37,456 bases of DNA from Ruminococcus sp. GTDB lineage: Bacteria; Bacillota; Clostridia; Oscillospirales; Ruminococcaceae. The notes under the pieces are model-generated. The model was not told where the DNA came from. It did no database searches and worked only from the letters and a program-made list of their open reading frames with translations. A program made the position numbers and the translations under genes. Of this stretch, positions 6,990 to 15,111 are shown one piece after another (within the stretch, counting starts at the first letter, position 1; the number at the start of each line of letters is the position of its first letter). The DNA lies in the NCBI GenBank assembly GCA_045580565.1, contig JAZNOB010000033.1, forward strand, positions 1-37,456. The letters run 5' to 3'.

Positions 6990-8348
6990 TTACTCCCCTT
7001 CACCTCTCAGCTCGCTCCAGCTTACATCCAGGCTGGCTGCCTTACGTGCATAGTAATTCAGTATCATAGCTGCGTCATTCAGGTCGATCGTACCGTTGTC
7101 GTCTGCGTCAGCAAAATAGATATTGAACACACCGGTTATCTCCATAGGTGCACCTACTGCCGCACAGGCATAATACTGAAGAACCAATGAAGCGTCAGTA
7201 ATGTCTACGTTTCCGTCTTCATTGGCATCGCCGATATCGTCCTCAGTTACAACAGGCCTTGTCTGAACGGATACATAGACCGGCTCCGCCTGTGACTCAC
7301 CGGCACTGTTGACAGCGGTAACGTCGATTTGATATATTCCGACCTCTTCGGCTGTAAAACCAAGCATTGAGCCAACAATGAAATATTCAGTTGAAGCGTT
7401 GCTGGACGAAGTAACCTTTATGCAATAAAGCTCAGCGTTATCGCTGCTTATATTTACTCTTATGATGTCACCCTGCATAACAACATCCGCTTCGGGCTTA
7501 ACGTCGATATATGACGGAGGTCTCAGCTCTGTTGTTCCTGTTGTAGTTGTAGTAGTAACAGTTGTGGTTTCAGTAGTGGTAGTAGTAGTGGTGGTGGTGG
7601 AAGCTATCGTAGTTTCAGTAGTTGATGCAGTGGTTTCAGAAGCTGTAGTGGTTGTCACTGTAGTAGTCACTGAAGAGGTTGTGGTCGTCGTGGCAGTTCC
7701 GGAAGTTGTTGTTGTAGAAGTTACGGATACATCCGGAAGCTCTCCGAGAATCGTAGCTTCGATCTCATATACACCGTAATTCTCCATATATCTGAGTGCT
7801 ACAGCATCATTGCCGGTGCTTCCGCTTGTGCCGTTTACGATAAGCTTTTTAAGGCCTCCCACGCCTAAGGCATGAGCGCTTACGATCATGCCTGCAAAGG
7901 TCATTGTAACACCGCCTACATCCGTACCGATGTAGTCATCTATCCCCATATTGCGGGCATAGTAGTAGATCCTCTTATGATACGCCAGAACAGCGTAATC
8001 CTGACCTGCTTCTGATTCAAGGAAGCTCGCCTGATCCGTTACCCCAAAGGATGCAGCAAGCTCTGTCCAGCTGCCAGAGGAGTCCATAAAGCCTGCCTCC
8101 TGCAGTGCGGCTTTTCCCATCTGCCAATAGCCAAGATACTGACCGTTTGTAGCTGAGTAGCTGTTGCCGGACTCGCTTTTGCCTATTGCATAGAGAAAAT
8201 CTCCGTATTCATCCACATAGTCAGAATCGCTGAACGCATCTGCCTTTATGGGTGAAGAAGCTGCCGGGAAAATAAATCCCATCATCAGAACTATTGCTGT
8301 AAGAAAAGCGCCGATTTTAATTCCTGTCACATTCCGCAAAATTTGCAT
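6990..8348 (-). CDS. Secreted protein: lysozyme/lytic-transglycosylase-like domain, Thr-rich linker, beta-rich (Ig-like) domain, C-terminal dockerin
   Basis: Signal peptide; ESGNSY...YLGYWQMG...AHALGVGG lysozyme-fold-like motifs; poly-Thr linker; GDANEDGNVDITDA and DADDNGTIDLNDA dockerin repeats. Confidence 0.8.
   Translation of the reverse strand: MQILRNVTGIKIGAFLTAIVLMMGFIFPAASSPIKADAFSDSDYVDEYGDFLYAIGKSESGNSYSATNGQYLGYWQMGKAALQEAGFMDSSGSWTELAASFGVTDQASFLESEAGQDYAVLAYHKRIYYYARNMGIDDYIGTDVGGVTMTFAGMIVSAHALGVGGLKKLIVNGTSGSTGNDAVALRYMENYGVYEIEATILGELPDVSVTSTTTTSGTATTTTTSSVTTTVTTTTASETTASTTETTIASTTTTTTTTTETTTVTTTTTTGTTELRPPSYIDVKPEADVVMQGDIIRVNISSDNAELYCIKVTSSSNASTEYFIVGSMLGFTAEEVGIYQIDVTAVNSAGESQAEPVYVSVQTRPVVTEDDIGDANEDGNVDITDASLVLQYYACAAVGAPMEITGVFNIYFADADDNGTIDLNDAAMILNYYARKAASLDVSWSELRGEGE
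7530..7725 (-). repeat. Low-complexity ACN codon tract encoding the Thr-rich linker
   Basis: Plus strand gtagtagtg/gttgtg triplet runs translating as poly-Thr; boundaries approximate. Confidence 0.75.
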
Positions 8349-8365
8349 GAAACACCTCCATTGTC

Positions 8366-8406
8366 AAAAAACAAATGAGAGCAGCCGATCTGAACTGCTC
8401 TCATTT
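8366..8406 (-). terminator. Intrinsic terminator after yajC
   Basis: AAATGAGAGCAG-loop-CTGCTCTCATTT followed by GTTTTTT. Confidence 0.75.
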
Positions 8407-8456
8407 TCAGCCCATACTGCACAGGTCTGAACCTGCTGCAATACAGCATATTCATG

Positions 8457-8960
8457 TTAGTCCTTCAGCATTCCCTTATCTTCAGCAGCTTCAGAATCGG
8501 ACTTCTTGCCCTTCTTCTTTTCTTCCTTCTTCTTCTGAAGCTCAGCAGCTGCAGCCGCACGTGCACGCTCTGCGTCCTCACGTACAGTTACATTCTCCTG
8601 AATAGCCCACTTCTTCATACGGATCCTGCTTCTGTCGCCGCCGCATTCGATAACAACTGTATCCTCAGTTGTCTTTACGACCAGACCAACGATACCGCCG
8701 ATAGTTACGACCTCATCACCGATGCGCAGGTCGTTCTGCATAGCCTTCTGTTCCTTTTCCTTCTTCTTCTGAGGACGGATAAGGATGAAGTACATTACTG
8801 CAAAGAGTGCAACCATTATCAGCAGTGATGTCATCATGCTGCCGCCGCCTGCCGCATTTGCAGCTGCGCCGCCTTCAGCAGAAGCTGTAACAGCCATTGC
8901 ACTTGCAGCAAGTGCTGTCATGGAAGCTGTGAAACCGATTTTTGCAAAAAGCTTCTTCAT
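8457..8960 (-). CDS. yajC: Preprotein translocase subunit YajC with N-terminal extension
   Basis: MYFILIRPQKKKEK and GDEVVTIGGIVG motifs; start reset to ATG 8960 after RBS GAAAGGA. Confidence 0.92.
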   Translation of the reverse strand: MKKLFAKIGFTASMTALAASAMAVTASAEGGAAANAAGGGSMMTSLLIMVALFAVMYFILIRPQKKKEKEQKAMQNDLRIGDEVVTIGGIVGLVVKTTEDTVVIECGGDRSRIRMKKWAIQENVTVREDAERARAAAAAELQKKKEEKKKGKKSDSEAAEDKGMLKD

Positions 8961-9003
8961 TTTTATAATTCCTTTCATTCGCTGCGTTTTCCGCAGACTG
9001 AGT

Positions 9004-10392
9004 TTATTTGCTTCTGATATATTCATCAATGGATGCAGCAGCCTTTTTGCCTGCGCCCATCGCAAGAATTACAGTCGCTGCGCCTGTTACAGCGTCGCCG
9101 CCTGCGTAAACGCCGTCCTTGGTTGTAGCCATAGTATCTTCATTTACTACGAGACAGCCCCAGCGGTTAGCTTCAAGACCCTCGGTTGTGGAACGGATAA
9201 GCGGATTCGGAGATGTACCGATAGACATGATAACAGTATCAACATCAAGAATATACTCGCTGCCCTCTACCTCAACAGGTCTGCGTCTGCCGCTTTCGTC
9301 CGGCTCGCCAAGCTCCATGCGGATGCACTTCATGCCGCATACTCTGCCCTTTTCGTCGCCGATGAGTTCAACGGGATTATTGAGATTCAGGAACTCAACG
9401 CCTTCTTCCTTAGCGTGGTGAACTTCTTCAACACGTGCCGGCATTTCTGCCTCGGAACGTCTGTACACGATATATACGTGCTCTGCACCCATTCTCAGTG
9501 CGCTTCTTGCAGCGTCCATAGCAACGTTGCCGCCGCCTACTACTGCTACAGCCTTTGACTTGATTACCGGAGTATCGTATTCAGGACGGTAGCCCTTCAT
9601 CAGGTTGATTCTTGTCAGATACTCATTTGCGGAGCAAACGCCTACAAGACCTTCGCCGGGAATGCCCATGAATCTGGGAAGACCGGCACCGGAGCCTACG
9701 AATACAGCTTCGAAGCCTTCCTCCATAAGCTCGTCAATGGACTGGATCTTGCCGATAACCATGTTGGTCTTGATCTCAACACCCATATCCTTCAGGTTGT
9801 TTATTTCCTCCTGAACGATCTGCTTCGGAAGACGGAATTCAGGAATACCATACATAAGTACGCCGCCGGCTACCTGGAACGCTTCAAAGATTGTAACCTC
9901 GTAGCCAAGCTTTGCAAGGTCGCCTGCACATGTAAGACCAGCAGGGCCGCCGCCGATAACAGCAACCTTGTGACCGTTCTTTTCAATTGCAGGAGCAGCC
10001 TTCTTCTCCTGTGAACGCATATAGTCAGCAGCGAATCTTTCAAGTCTGCCGATACCTACCGGCTCGCCCTTTACGCCTCTCACGCACTTGCCCTCGCACT
10101 GGCTTTCCTGAGGACATACTCGTCCGCATACTGCCGGAAGACTGTTTGTTGCAGTGATAGTTTTATATGCTTCCTCGAAATTTCCTGCTGCGATCTGCTG
10201 GATGAAATCCGGAATCTGAACGCCTACGGGACATCCCTTTACGCAGGGCATTGCCTTGCAGCCGAGACATCTTGAAGCTTCCTCCTGTGCCATTGCAGCT
10301 GTATAGCCTGTAGACACTTCCTCGAAGCACTTGGCACGTTCCTTGGGGTCACGTTCCGGCATCGGAACCTTTGCCATAGCCATATTTGCCAT
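9004..10392 (-). CDS. nfnB: NfnB/SudA-like large subunit (often annotated NADPH-dependent glutamate synthase, gltA)
   Basis: RCLGC...CVKGCP, CGRVCPQESQC, GGGPAGL, YGIPEFRLP, GGGNVAMD, GGDAVTG; paired with the small subunit. Confidence 0.9.
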   Translation of the reverse strand: MANMAMAKVPMPERDPKERAKCFEEVSTGYTAAMAQEEASRCLGCKAMPCVKGCPVGVQIPDFIQQIAAGNFEEAYKTITATNSLPAVCGRVCPQESQCEGKCVRGVKGEPVGIGRLERFAADYMRSQEKKAAPAIEKNGHKVAVIGGGPAGLTCAGDLAKLGYEVTIFEAFQVAGGVLMYGIPEFRLPKQIVQEEINNLKDMGVEIKTNMVIGKIQSIDELMEEGFEAVFVGSGAGLPRFMGIPGEGLVGVCSANEYLTRINLMKGYRPEYDTPVIKSKAVAVVGGGNVAMDAARSALRMGAEHVYIVYRRSEAEMPARVEEVHHAKEEGVEFLNLNNPVELIGDEKGRVCGMKCIRMELGEPDESGRRRPVEVEGSEYILDVDTVIMSIGTSPNPLIRSTTEGLEANRWGCLVVNEDTMATTKDGVYAGGDAVTGAATVILAMGAGKKAAASIDEYIRSK

Positions 10393-10412
10393 TGTGTTCT
10401 CTTCCTTTCCTC

Positions 10413-11270
10413 TTACTTTTCTGCCTGCTGAAGCTCATCAGCCTGCTTCATCATACGGCACTCATGCTCCTGTTCACGGTATGTGCCGTTTCTCAGCATA
10501 AGCTCGTCGAAATCTACCTGATGTCCGTCAAAGTCAGGGCCGTCTACGCAAGCGTACTTGACCTTTCCGCCCACTGTTACACGACAGCCGCCGCACATAC
10601 CTGTGCCGTCAACCATAACAGGATTGAGGGAAACGATAGTCTTTATGCCGTAAGGCTCAGTTACCTTGCATACGAACTTCATCATCGGGATCGGACCGAT
10701 CGCAATAACCATATCGTACTTCTTGCCGGAGTCGATCTGCTCCTGAAGCATATTTGTTACGAAGCCCTTTGTGCCGTAGCTGCCGTCGTCTGTACAAACA
10801 TACAGATTTGTGCTTGCAGCCTTGAATTCATCCTCAAGGATAACGATATCCTTATTTCTGAAGCCTGCGATAACATCAACGTCATAGCCCTGATTGAAGA
10901 GTGCCTTTGCCTGAGGATATGCGATAGCGCAGCCTACGCCGCCGCCGATAACGCATACGGACTTCACGCCCTCCGGAATCTCTGTAGCAACACCCAGAGG
11001 TCCTACCAGGTCAAGAATGGAGTCGCCTTCTTCAAGCTGTGCCAGCTTGCGGGTTGAATTGCCTACCAGCTGGAATATAAGGGTAATTGTGCCGCCCTCA
11101 CGGTCGTAATCTGCAATAGTCAGCGGAACTCTTTCGCCGTATTCGTCTACTCTGAAAATGATAAACTGACCGGGAAGAGCCTTTTTTGCAATCAGCGGCG
11201 CTGAGATCTTGATCTTTACAACGTCCTGATTGAGAACTGTTTTCTCTACTATCGGAAACACAGTATTCAC
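10413..11270 (-). CDS. nfnA: NfnA/SudB-like FAD/NAD-binding [2Fe-2S] small subunit
   Basis: PGQF, ERVPLTIAD, GGGVG, MVDGTGMCGGCR...CVDGP. Confidence 0.9.
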   Translation of the reverse strand: MNTVFPIVEKTVLNQDVVKIKISAPLIAKKALPGQFIIFRVDEYGERVPLTIADYDREGGTITLIFQLVGNSTRKLAQLEEGDSILDLVGPLGVATEIPEGVKSVCVIGGGVGCAIAYPQAKALFNQGYDVDVIAGFRNKDIVILEDEFKAASTNLYVCTDDGSYGTKGFVTNMLQEQIDSGKKYDMVIAIGPIPMMKFVCKVTEPYGIKTIVSLNPVMVDGTGMCGGCRVTVGGKVKYACVDGPDFDGHQVDFDELMLRNGTYREQEHECRMMKQADELQQAEK

Positions 11271-11310
11271 CTCTCTGTATTTTTTTGCATTGAACTGCGA
11301 AATTGACTTT

Positions 11311-11339
11311 ATTATATCACATATTCCGCAGAATTACAA
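11311..11339 (-). promoter_or_regulatory. Sigma-A-type promoter of nfnAB-yajC
   Basis: TTGTAA-17 nt-TATAAT with TG extended -10. Confidence 0.6.
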
Positions 11340-11375
11340 GTTCTTTTGATTTATTTTATCAAGCTTTTATCATGC

Positions 11376-11409
11376 AAAAAAATAAGCCGACAAAGTGTCA
11401 GCTTATTTT
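11376..11409 (-). terminator. Intrinsic terminator after efp-CD1247-like gene
   Basis: AATAAGCTGAC-loop-GTCGGCTTATT followed by a T run. Confidence 0.75.
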
Positions 11410-11438
11410 CTGCAACCTGTTTAAAACAAGCCTTAGTC

Positions 11439-11906
11439 TTATTCAGCATCCTCGTTGTCCTCGAAGTCGTCGATAGAAATATCGTCAAAATCGAATTCAA
11501 GCAGTTCACCGCAGCAGGGGCACTTCATAGAGCCTTCATCCAGAATGGAGTCAGCCAGTACGATAGTGTTCTCGCAGGTGGGACATACTGTCTCGTAAAG
11601 ATCTTCTTCATCGTCGAAATCGAAGTCGTCATCTTCGTCATAATCGTCGTCGTCATCGTCATCATCGAATTCGATCTCTTCGTCCTCATCCAAAAGAAAT
11701 TCCTCAACATCGCCCAGATCCTCATCAAGATCCTCACAAAGCTCTGTCAGCTCGTCCACCTGATCCTGAAGATCGTCAATGTAGAGAACCGCAGCCTGAA
11801 GAACCTCCATAAGCTGACCCAGAACCTTGCCTTCCTTTGTGGTAAGGTCGATTTCCATACCATCTACAAGACCCTTCAGATAGGACATCTGTTCACTAAG
11901 TTTCAT
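11439..11906 (-). CDS. CD1247-like acidic protein with C-terminal CxxC/CxxC zinc ribbon
   Basis: SYLKGLVDGMEID N-terminus, long D/E tract, CPTC and CPCC; start reset to ATG 11906 after RBS GAGGT. Confidence 0.8.
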   Translation of the reverse strand: MKLSEQMSYLKGLVDGMEIDLTTKEGKVLGQLMEVLQAAVLYIDDLQDQVDELTELCEDLDEDLGDVEEFLLDEDEEIEFDDDDDDDDYDEDDDFDFDDEEDLYETVCPTCENTIVLADSILDEGSMKCPCCGELLEFDFDDISIDDFEDNEDAE

Positions 11907-11937
11907 ATCAGTTACCTCTCGGTTATAGGTTTTATTC

Positions 11938-12495
11938 TTATGCACGTTCCATGTATTCGCCTGTTCTTGTGTCGATACGGATAACGTCACCCTGATCGAT
12001 GAACAGCGGAACCTTGATCTCTGCGCCTGTTTCCAGAGTAGCAGGCTTTGTAGCATTAGTAGCTGTGTCGCCCTTGAAGCCAGGATCTGTCTCAGTAACC
12101 TCAAGCTCTACGAAGAAAGGCGGCTCAACGCCGAATACGTTGCCCTTGTAGGACAGAACCTTAACTTCTGTGTTTTCCTTTACGAATGCGAAGGAAGGAC
12201 CGAGCTTGGACTTGTCGATCGGGATCTGCTCATAGCTTTCCATATCCATGAAGTAGTACAGATCCTCTTCGTTGTACAGATACTGCATATCCTTTCTTTC
12301 AATGAAAGCTGTCGGATACTTATCTGTAGGATTGAAAGAACGCTCAACTACTGCGCCTGTGATAACATTCTTATACTTTGTGGGCACAAAAGCTGCGCCC
12401 TTACCCGAGTTTACGTGCTGAAATTCGATAACCTGTACAACGTTGCCATCCATTTCGAATGTTACGCCATTTCTGAAATCGCCTGCTGAAATCAT
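11938..12495 (-). CDS. efp: Elongation factor P (185 aa)
   Basis: [13 protein letters not shown] loop, PGFKGDTA...KPATLETG...VPLFI; start reset to ATG 12495 after RBS GGAGG. Confidence 0.96.
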   Translation of the reverse strand: MISAGDFRNGVTFEMDGNVVQVIEFQHVNSGKGAAFVPTKYKNVITGAVVERSFNPTDKYPTAFIERKDMQYLYNEEDLYYFMDMESYEQIPIDKSKLGPSFAFVKENTEVKVLSYKGNVFGVEPPFFVELEVTETDPGFKGDTATNATKPATLETGAEIKVPLFIDQGDVIRIDTRTGEYMERA

Positions 12496-12570
12496 AAAAT
12501 TAAACCTCCGTTTATTGCATAGTTTTCCGACAAGCCGCATCCGGCTCACGAAAACACATAATATATACTT

Positions 12571-12599
12571 ATTATACTACATAAAAATCGTTTTGGCAA
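12571..12599 (-). promoter_or_regulatory. Sigma-A-type promoter of efp
   Basis: TTGCCA-17 nt-TATAAT. Confidence 0.6.
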
Positions 12600-12627
12600 T
12601 ACCTATTGCAGAAAAATTTCATCTGCG

Positions 12628-13704
12628 CTATAAAATAATCATATTCTTAGGTGCAGACGTTAGATTTTTGCAGCCGTTTTCCGTTACAAGCACAAAATCT
12701 TCTATTCTTACGCCAAATTTTTCCGGAAGATATATACCCGGTTCTATAGTTATCACATTGCCGCTGCGGAGAACTGTGCTGCTTGACGGTGCAGCATTTG
12801 GGTATTCATGTATCTCCATGCCTACGCCGTGACCAAGGGAATGGCCAAAGCATTCGCCGAAGCCTGCTTCAGCAATGTGAGTTCTTGCTATTGCGTCCAG
12901 CTGCTGTCCGGTTATGCCTGCACGGACTGCACGGATAGCCTTTTCCTGAGCTTCAAGAACAGTACTGTAAACACCCGCCATTTCATCAGTATGCTGTCCT
13001 ACTGCAACTGTACGGGTCATATCGCTGTGATATCCGTCAACAACTGCGCCGTAATCCATGAGGACGAAATCGCCTTTCTGCACGTATCTTTCCGCAGACG
13101 GAACGCCATGAGGCATGGACGTTGCTGCGCCAGTAAGAGCGATCGTCGGGAAAGACAGTTCCTCTGCACCCAGACGAAGCATTCTGAAGTCAAGCTCAAG
13201 CTGGATATCACGTTCGGATACGCCCTCTCTTATGAAGCCGAGAATATGCTGAAAGGCTTCCTCAGCAATTTTCTGCGCCTGAAGTATCTTTTCAGTTTCC
13301 TCCGGCTCTTTCACCATGCGGCAGGCATACACCGCCTTGCTGAGAGCATTGGAGCTGTCAAGCTCTGCATGATCTTCGAGCTTTTCCCTGAGCTGAGCGA
13401 ATCTGAAAAGACTCAGCTCCATAGATTCCACAGCGATGGTTTTTGCACCGTGCTTCACAAGAAGCTCCGTTATCTGACTGTAGATATTATCCTGCTGAAG
13501 AACAACGCAGCCCTTTGCCGTTTTCCTTGCCTTTTCTATATACCTGAAATCAATTATCAGATACGCCTCATCCCTGAAACACACAAGAGTACCGGCAGAG
13601 GACAGCATTCCGGTGAAATATCTTCTGTTTATATCAGATGTTATCAGAGCGCAGTCAAGCTCCTGCGGCAGAAGCTCCATCAGTTTTTCAATGCGTTTAT
13701 TCAT
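12628..13704 (-). CDS. pepP: Xaa-Pro aminopeptidase (M24B)
   Basis: DFRY, PHG, SDMTRT, HSLGHGVG, IEPGIY, GVRIED; conserved position upstream of efp. Confidence 0.92.
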   Translation of the reverse strand: MNKRIEKLMELLPQELDCALITSDINRRYFTGMLSSAGTLVCFRDEAYLIIDFRYIEKARKTAKGCVVLQQDNIYSQITELLVKHGAKTIAVESMELSLFRFAQLREKLEDHAELDSSNALSKAVYACRMVKEPEETEKILQAQKIAEEAFQHILGFIREGVSERDIQLELDFRMLRLGAEELSFPTIALTGAATSMPHGVPSAERYVQKGDFVLMDYGAVVDGYHSDMTRTVAVGQHTDEMAGVYSTVLEAQEKAIRAVRAGITGQQLDAIARTHIAEAGFGECFGHSLGHGVGMEIHEYPNAAPSSSTVLRSGNVITIEPGIYLPEKFGVRIEDFVLVTENGCKNLTSAPKNMIIL

Positions 13705-13712
13705 AGCACACC

Positions 13713-14141
13713 TTACATATCAGCCAGAGCCTGAAGTCCAAGAAAATAGCTGTTGATACCGAAGCCTGCGATAGTTCCTGCGCATACAGGGCTGATTACA
13801 GACTTTGAACGGAAGCCTTCACGAGCGTGTATATTGCTGATATGCACCTCAATTACCGGTATGCGTATATCGTGGATAGCATCGTGAATGGCATAGCTGT
13901 AGTGTGTGTAAGCACCTGCATTTATAACCACTCCGTCAAAATTTTTTCTTGCAGCATGGAGACGGTCGATAATTGCGCCCTCGTGGTTTGACTGGAATAT
14001 CTCGCACTCCATCCCCAGCTTCTCTGCCTTATCCATGATCATTTCATTGAGCTGTGCAAAGGTCGTGCAGCCATATACGCCCGGTTCTCTTTCACCCAGC
14101 AGGTTGAGATTTGGTCCGTGTATTACAAGTACTTTTTTCAT
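13713..14141 (-). CDS. aroQ: Type II 3-dehydroquinate dehydratase
   Basis: GPNLNLLGERE, QSNHEG, NAGAYTHYS, EVHISN. Confidence 0.96.
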   Translation of the reverse strand: MKKVLVIHGPNLNLLGEREPGVYGCTTFAQLNEMIMDKAEKLGMECEIFQSNHEGAIIDRLHAARKNFDGVVINAGAYTHYSYAIHDAIHDIRIPVIEVHISNIHAREGFRSKSVISPVCAGTIAGFGINSYFLGLQALADM

Positions 14142-14154
14142 GTATATCATCCTT

Positions 14155-14652
14155 TCATTCGTCTACAGGTTCTGTAAGTATCTGAGGCAGGAACGGTATT
14201 TCCATCCTTCTCTTGAACCGGAAAAAGCGTGTGGTCTCATGCTCTATAGGAAATACAAAAACGCATTTCAGTCCCTTCAGATTCGCACCGAGCACATCGG
14301 TAAATATCTGGTCGCCTACTACCGAAAGCTCCTTCCACGGAAGTCCCATTTTCTTCTTAGCCTCACGAAAGCCCTTGGCAAGGGGCTTTTTGCCCTCGCA
14401 CACAAAATCAAGTCCCAGCATATCCGCAAATGGCTTGACTCTCGGCGGATGGTTATTCGAAACGATGCAAAGCTTTATACCATTCTGCTTCATTGTTTCT
14501 ATCCACTCCGGAACACCGTCCGCAGGTCTTGGATTATCATGTGTAGTAAGGGTATTGTCAAGATCAAGGAGCAGTCCCTTTATACCGTGCTTCCTGAGCA
14601 GTGCCGGCGACAAGTCGCATACGGTTCTGAGTGCGATATTTATTCTTAGCAT
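14155..14652 (-). CDS. yqeG: YqeG-family HAD IIIA phosphatase
   Basis: DLDNTL, SNN, KP, GDQIFTDVLG. Confidence 0.9.
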   Translation of the reverse strand: MLRINIALRTVCDLSPALLRKHGIKGLLLDLDNTLTTHDNPRPADGVPEWIETMKQNGIKLCIVSNNHPPRVKPFADMLGLDFVCEGKKPLAKGFREAKKKMGLPWKELSVVGDQIFTDVLGANLKGLKCVFVFPIEHETTRFFRFKRRMEIPFLPQILTEPVDE

Positions 14653-14682
14653 TGCGCAGTTCTCCTTTCATTGTTGTATGAT

Positions 14683-14714
14683 AAAAAAGCGGACGCACTC
14701 TTCAGTGCGTCCGC
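14683..14714 (-). terminator. Intrinsic terminator after rpsU
   Basis: GCGGACGCACT-GAAG-AGTGCGTCCGC followed by TTTTTT. Confidence 0.85.
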
Positions 14715-14736
14715 CATGCTGTATCGCAGATTGTTA

Positions 14737-14910
14737 TTAATACTTGCGCTTACGAGCAGCCTCAGACTTCTTCTTACGCTTTACTGAAGGCTTTTCGTAA
14801 TGTTCTCTCTTTCGAACTTCAGCAATCACGCCGTCCTTAGCACAAGATCTCTTGAAACGCTTCAGCGCTGTATCCAGAGATTCATTTTTGCCAACACGAA
14901 CTTCTGCCAC
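14737..14910 (-). CDS. rpsU: 30S ribosomal protein bS21 (57 aa)
   Basis: Not in ORF track. GTG start after GGGAGGGA; [57 protein letters not shown]. Confidence 0.97.
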   Translation of the reverse strand: MAEVRVGKNESLDTALKRFKRSCAKDGVIAEVRKREHYEKPSVKRKKKSEAARKRKY

Positions 14911-15054
14911 TTAAATTTCCCTCCCTTTGCCGCCACGGCAGAGGCTGATCAGTCAGAAGCAGAGCCTCTTCCCGACCTATACCACCGTTCTGTCATTGCT
15001 GACATACCGGGATAATTCTCTGTTTCTCATATAGCCTGCATTAAGTTATATTAT

Positions 15055-15083
15055 ATTGTACCACGTTTTCTTATTATTGTCAA
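15055..15083 (-). promoter_or_regulatory. Sigma-A-type promoter of rpsU
   Basis: TTGACA-17 nt-TACAAT with TG extended -10. Confidence 0.75.
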
Positions 15084-15111
15084 GCTGTTTTTTCAGCATA
15101 TGCTATTTTTG

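Noticed and set aside
7462-7779. Poly-Val ORF resembling a membrane protein or tandem repeat array
   Set aside because: It is the antisense reading of the poly-Thr linker codons.
9004-10392. True glutamate synthase small subunit (GltD)
   Set aside because: No gltB nearby; pairing with a SudB/NfnA-type gene favours a bifurcating transhydrogenase.
11907-12104. Long overlap between efp and the CD1247-like ORF; similar N-terminal extensions on yajC and efp
   Set aside because: Artefacts of longest-ORF calling; RBS-supported starts are at 11906, 8960 and 12495.
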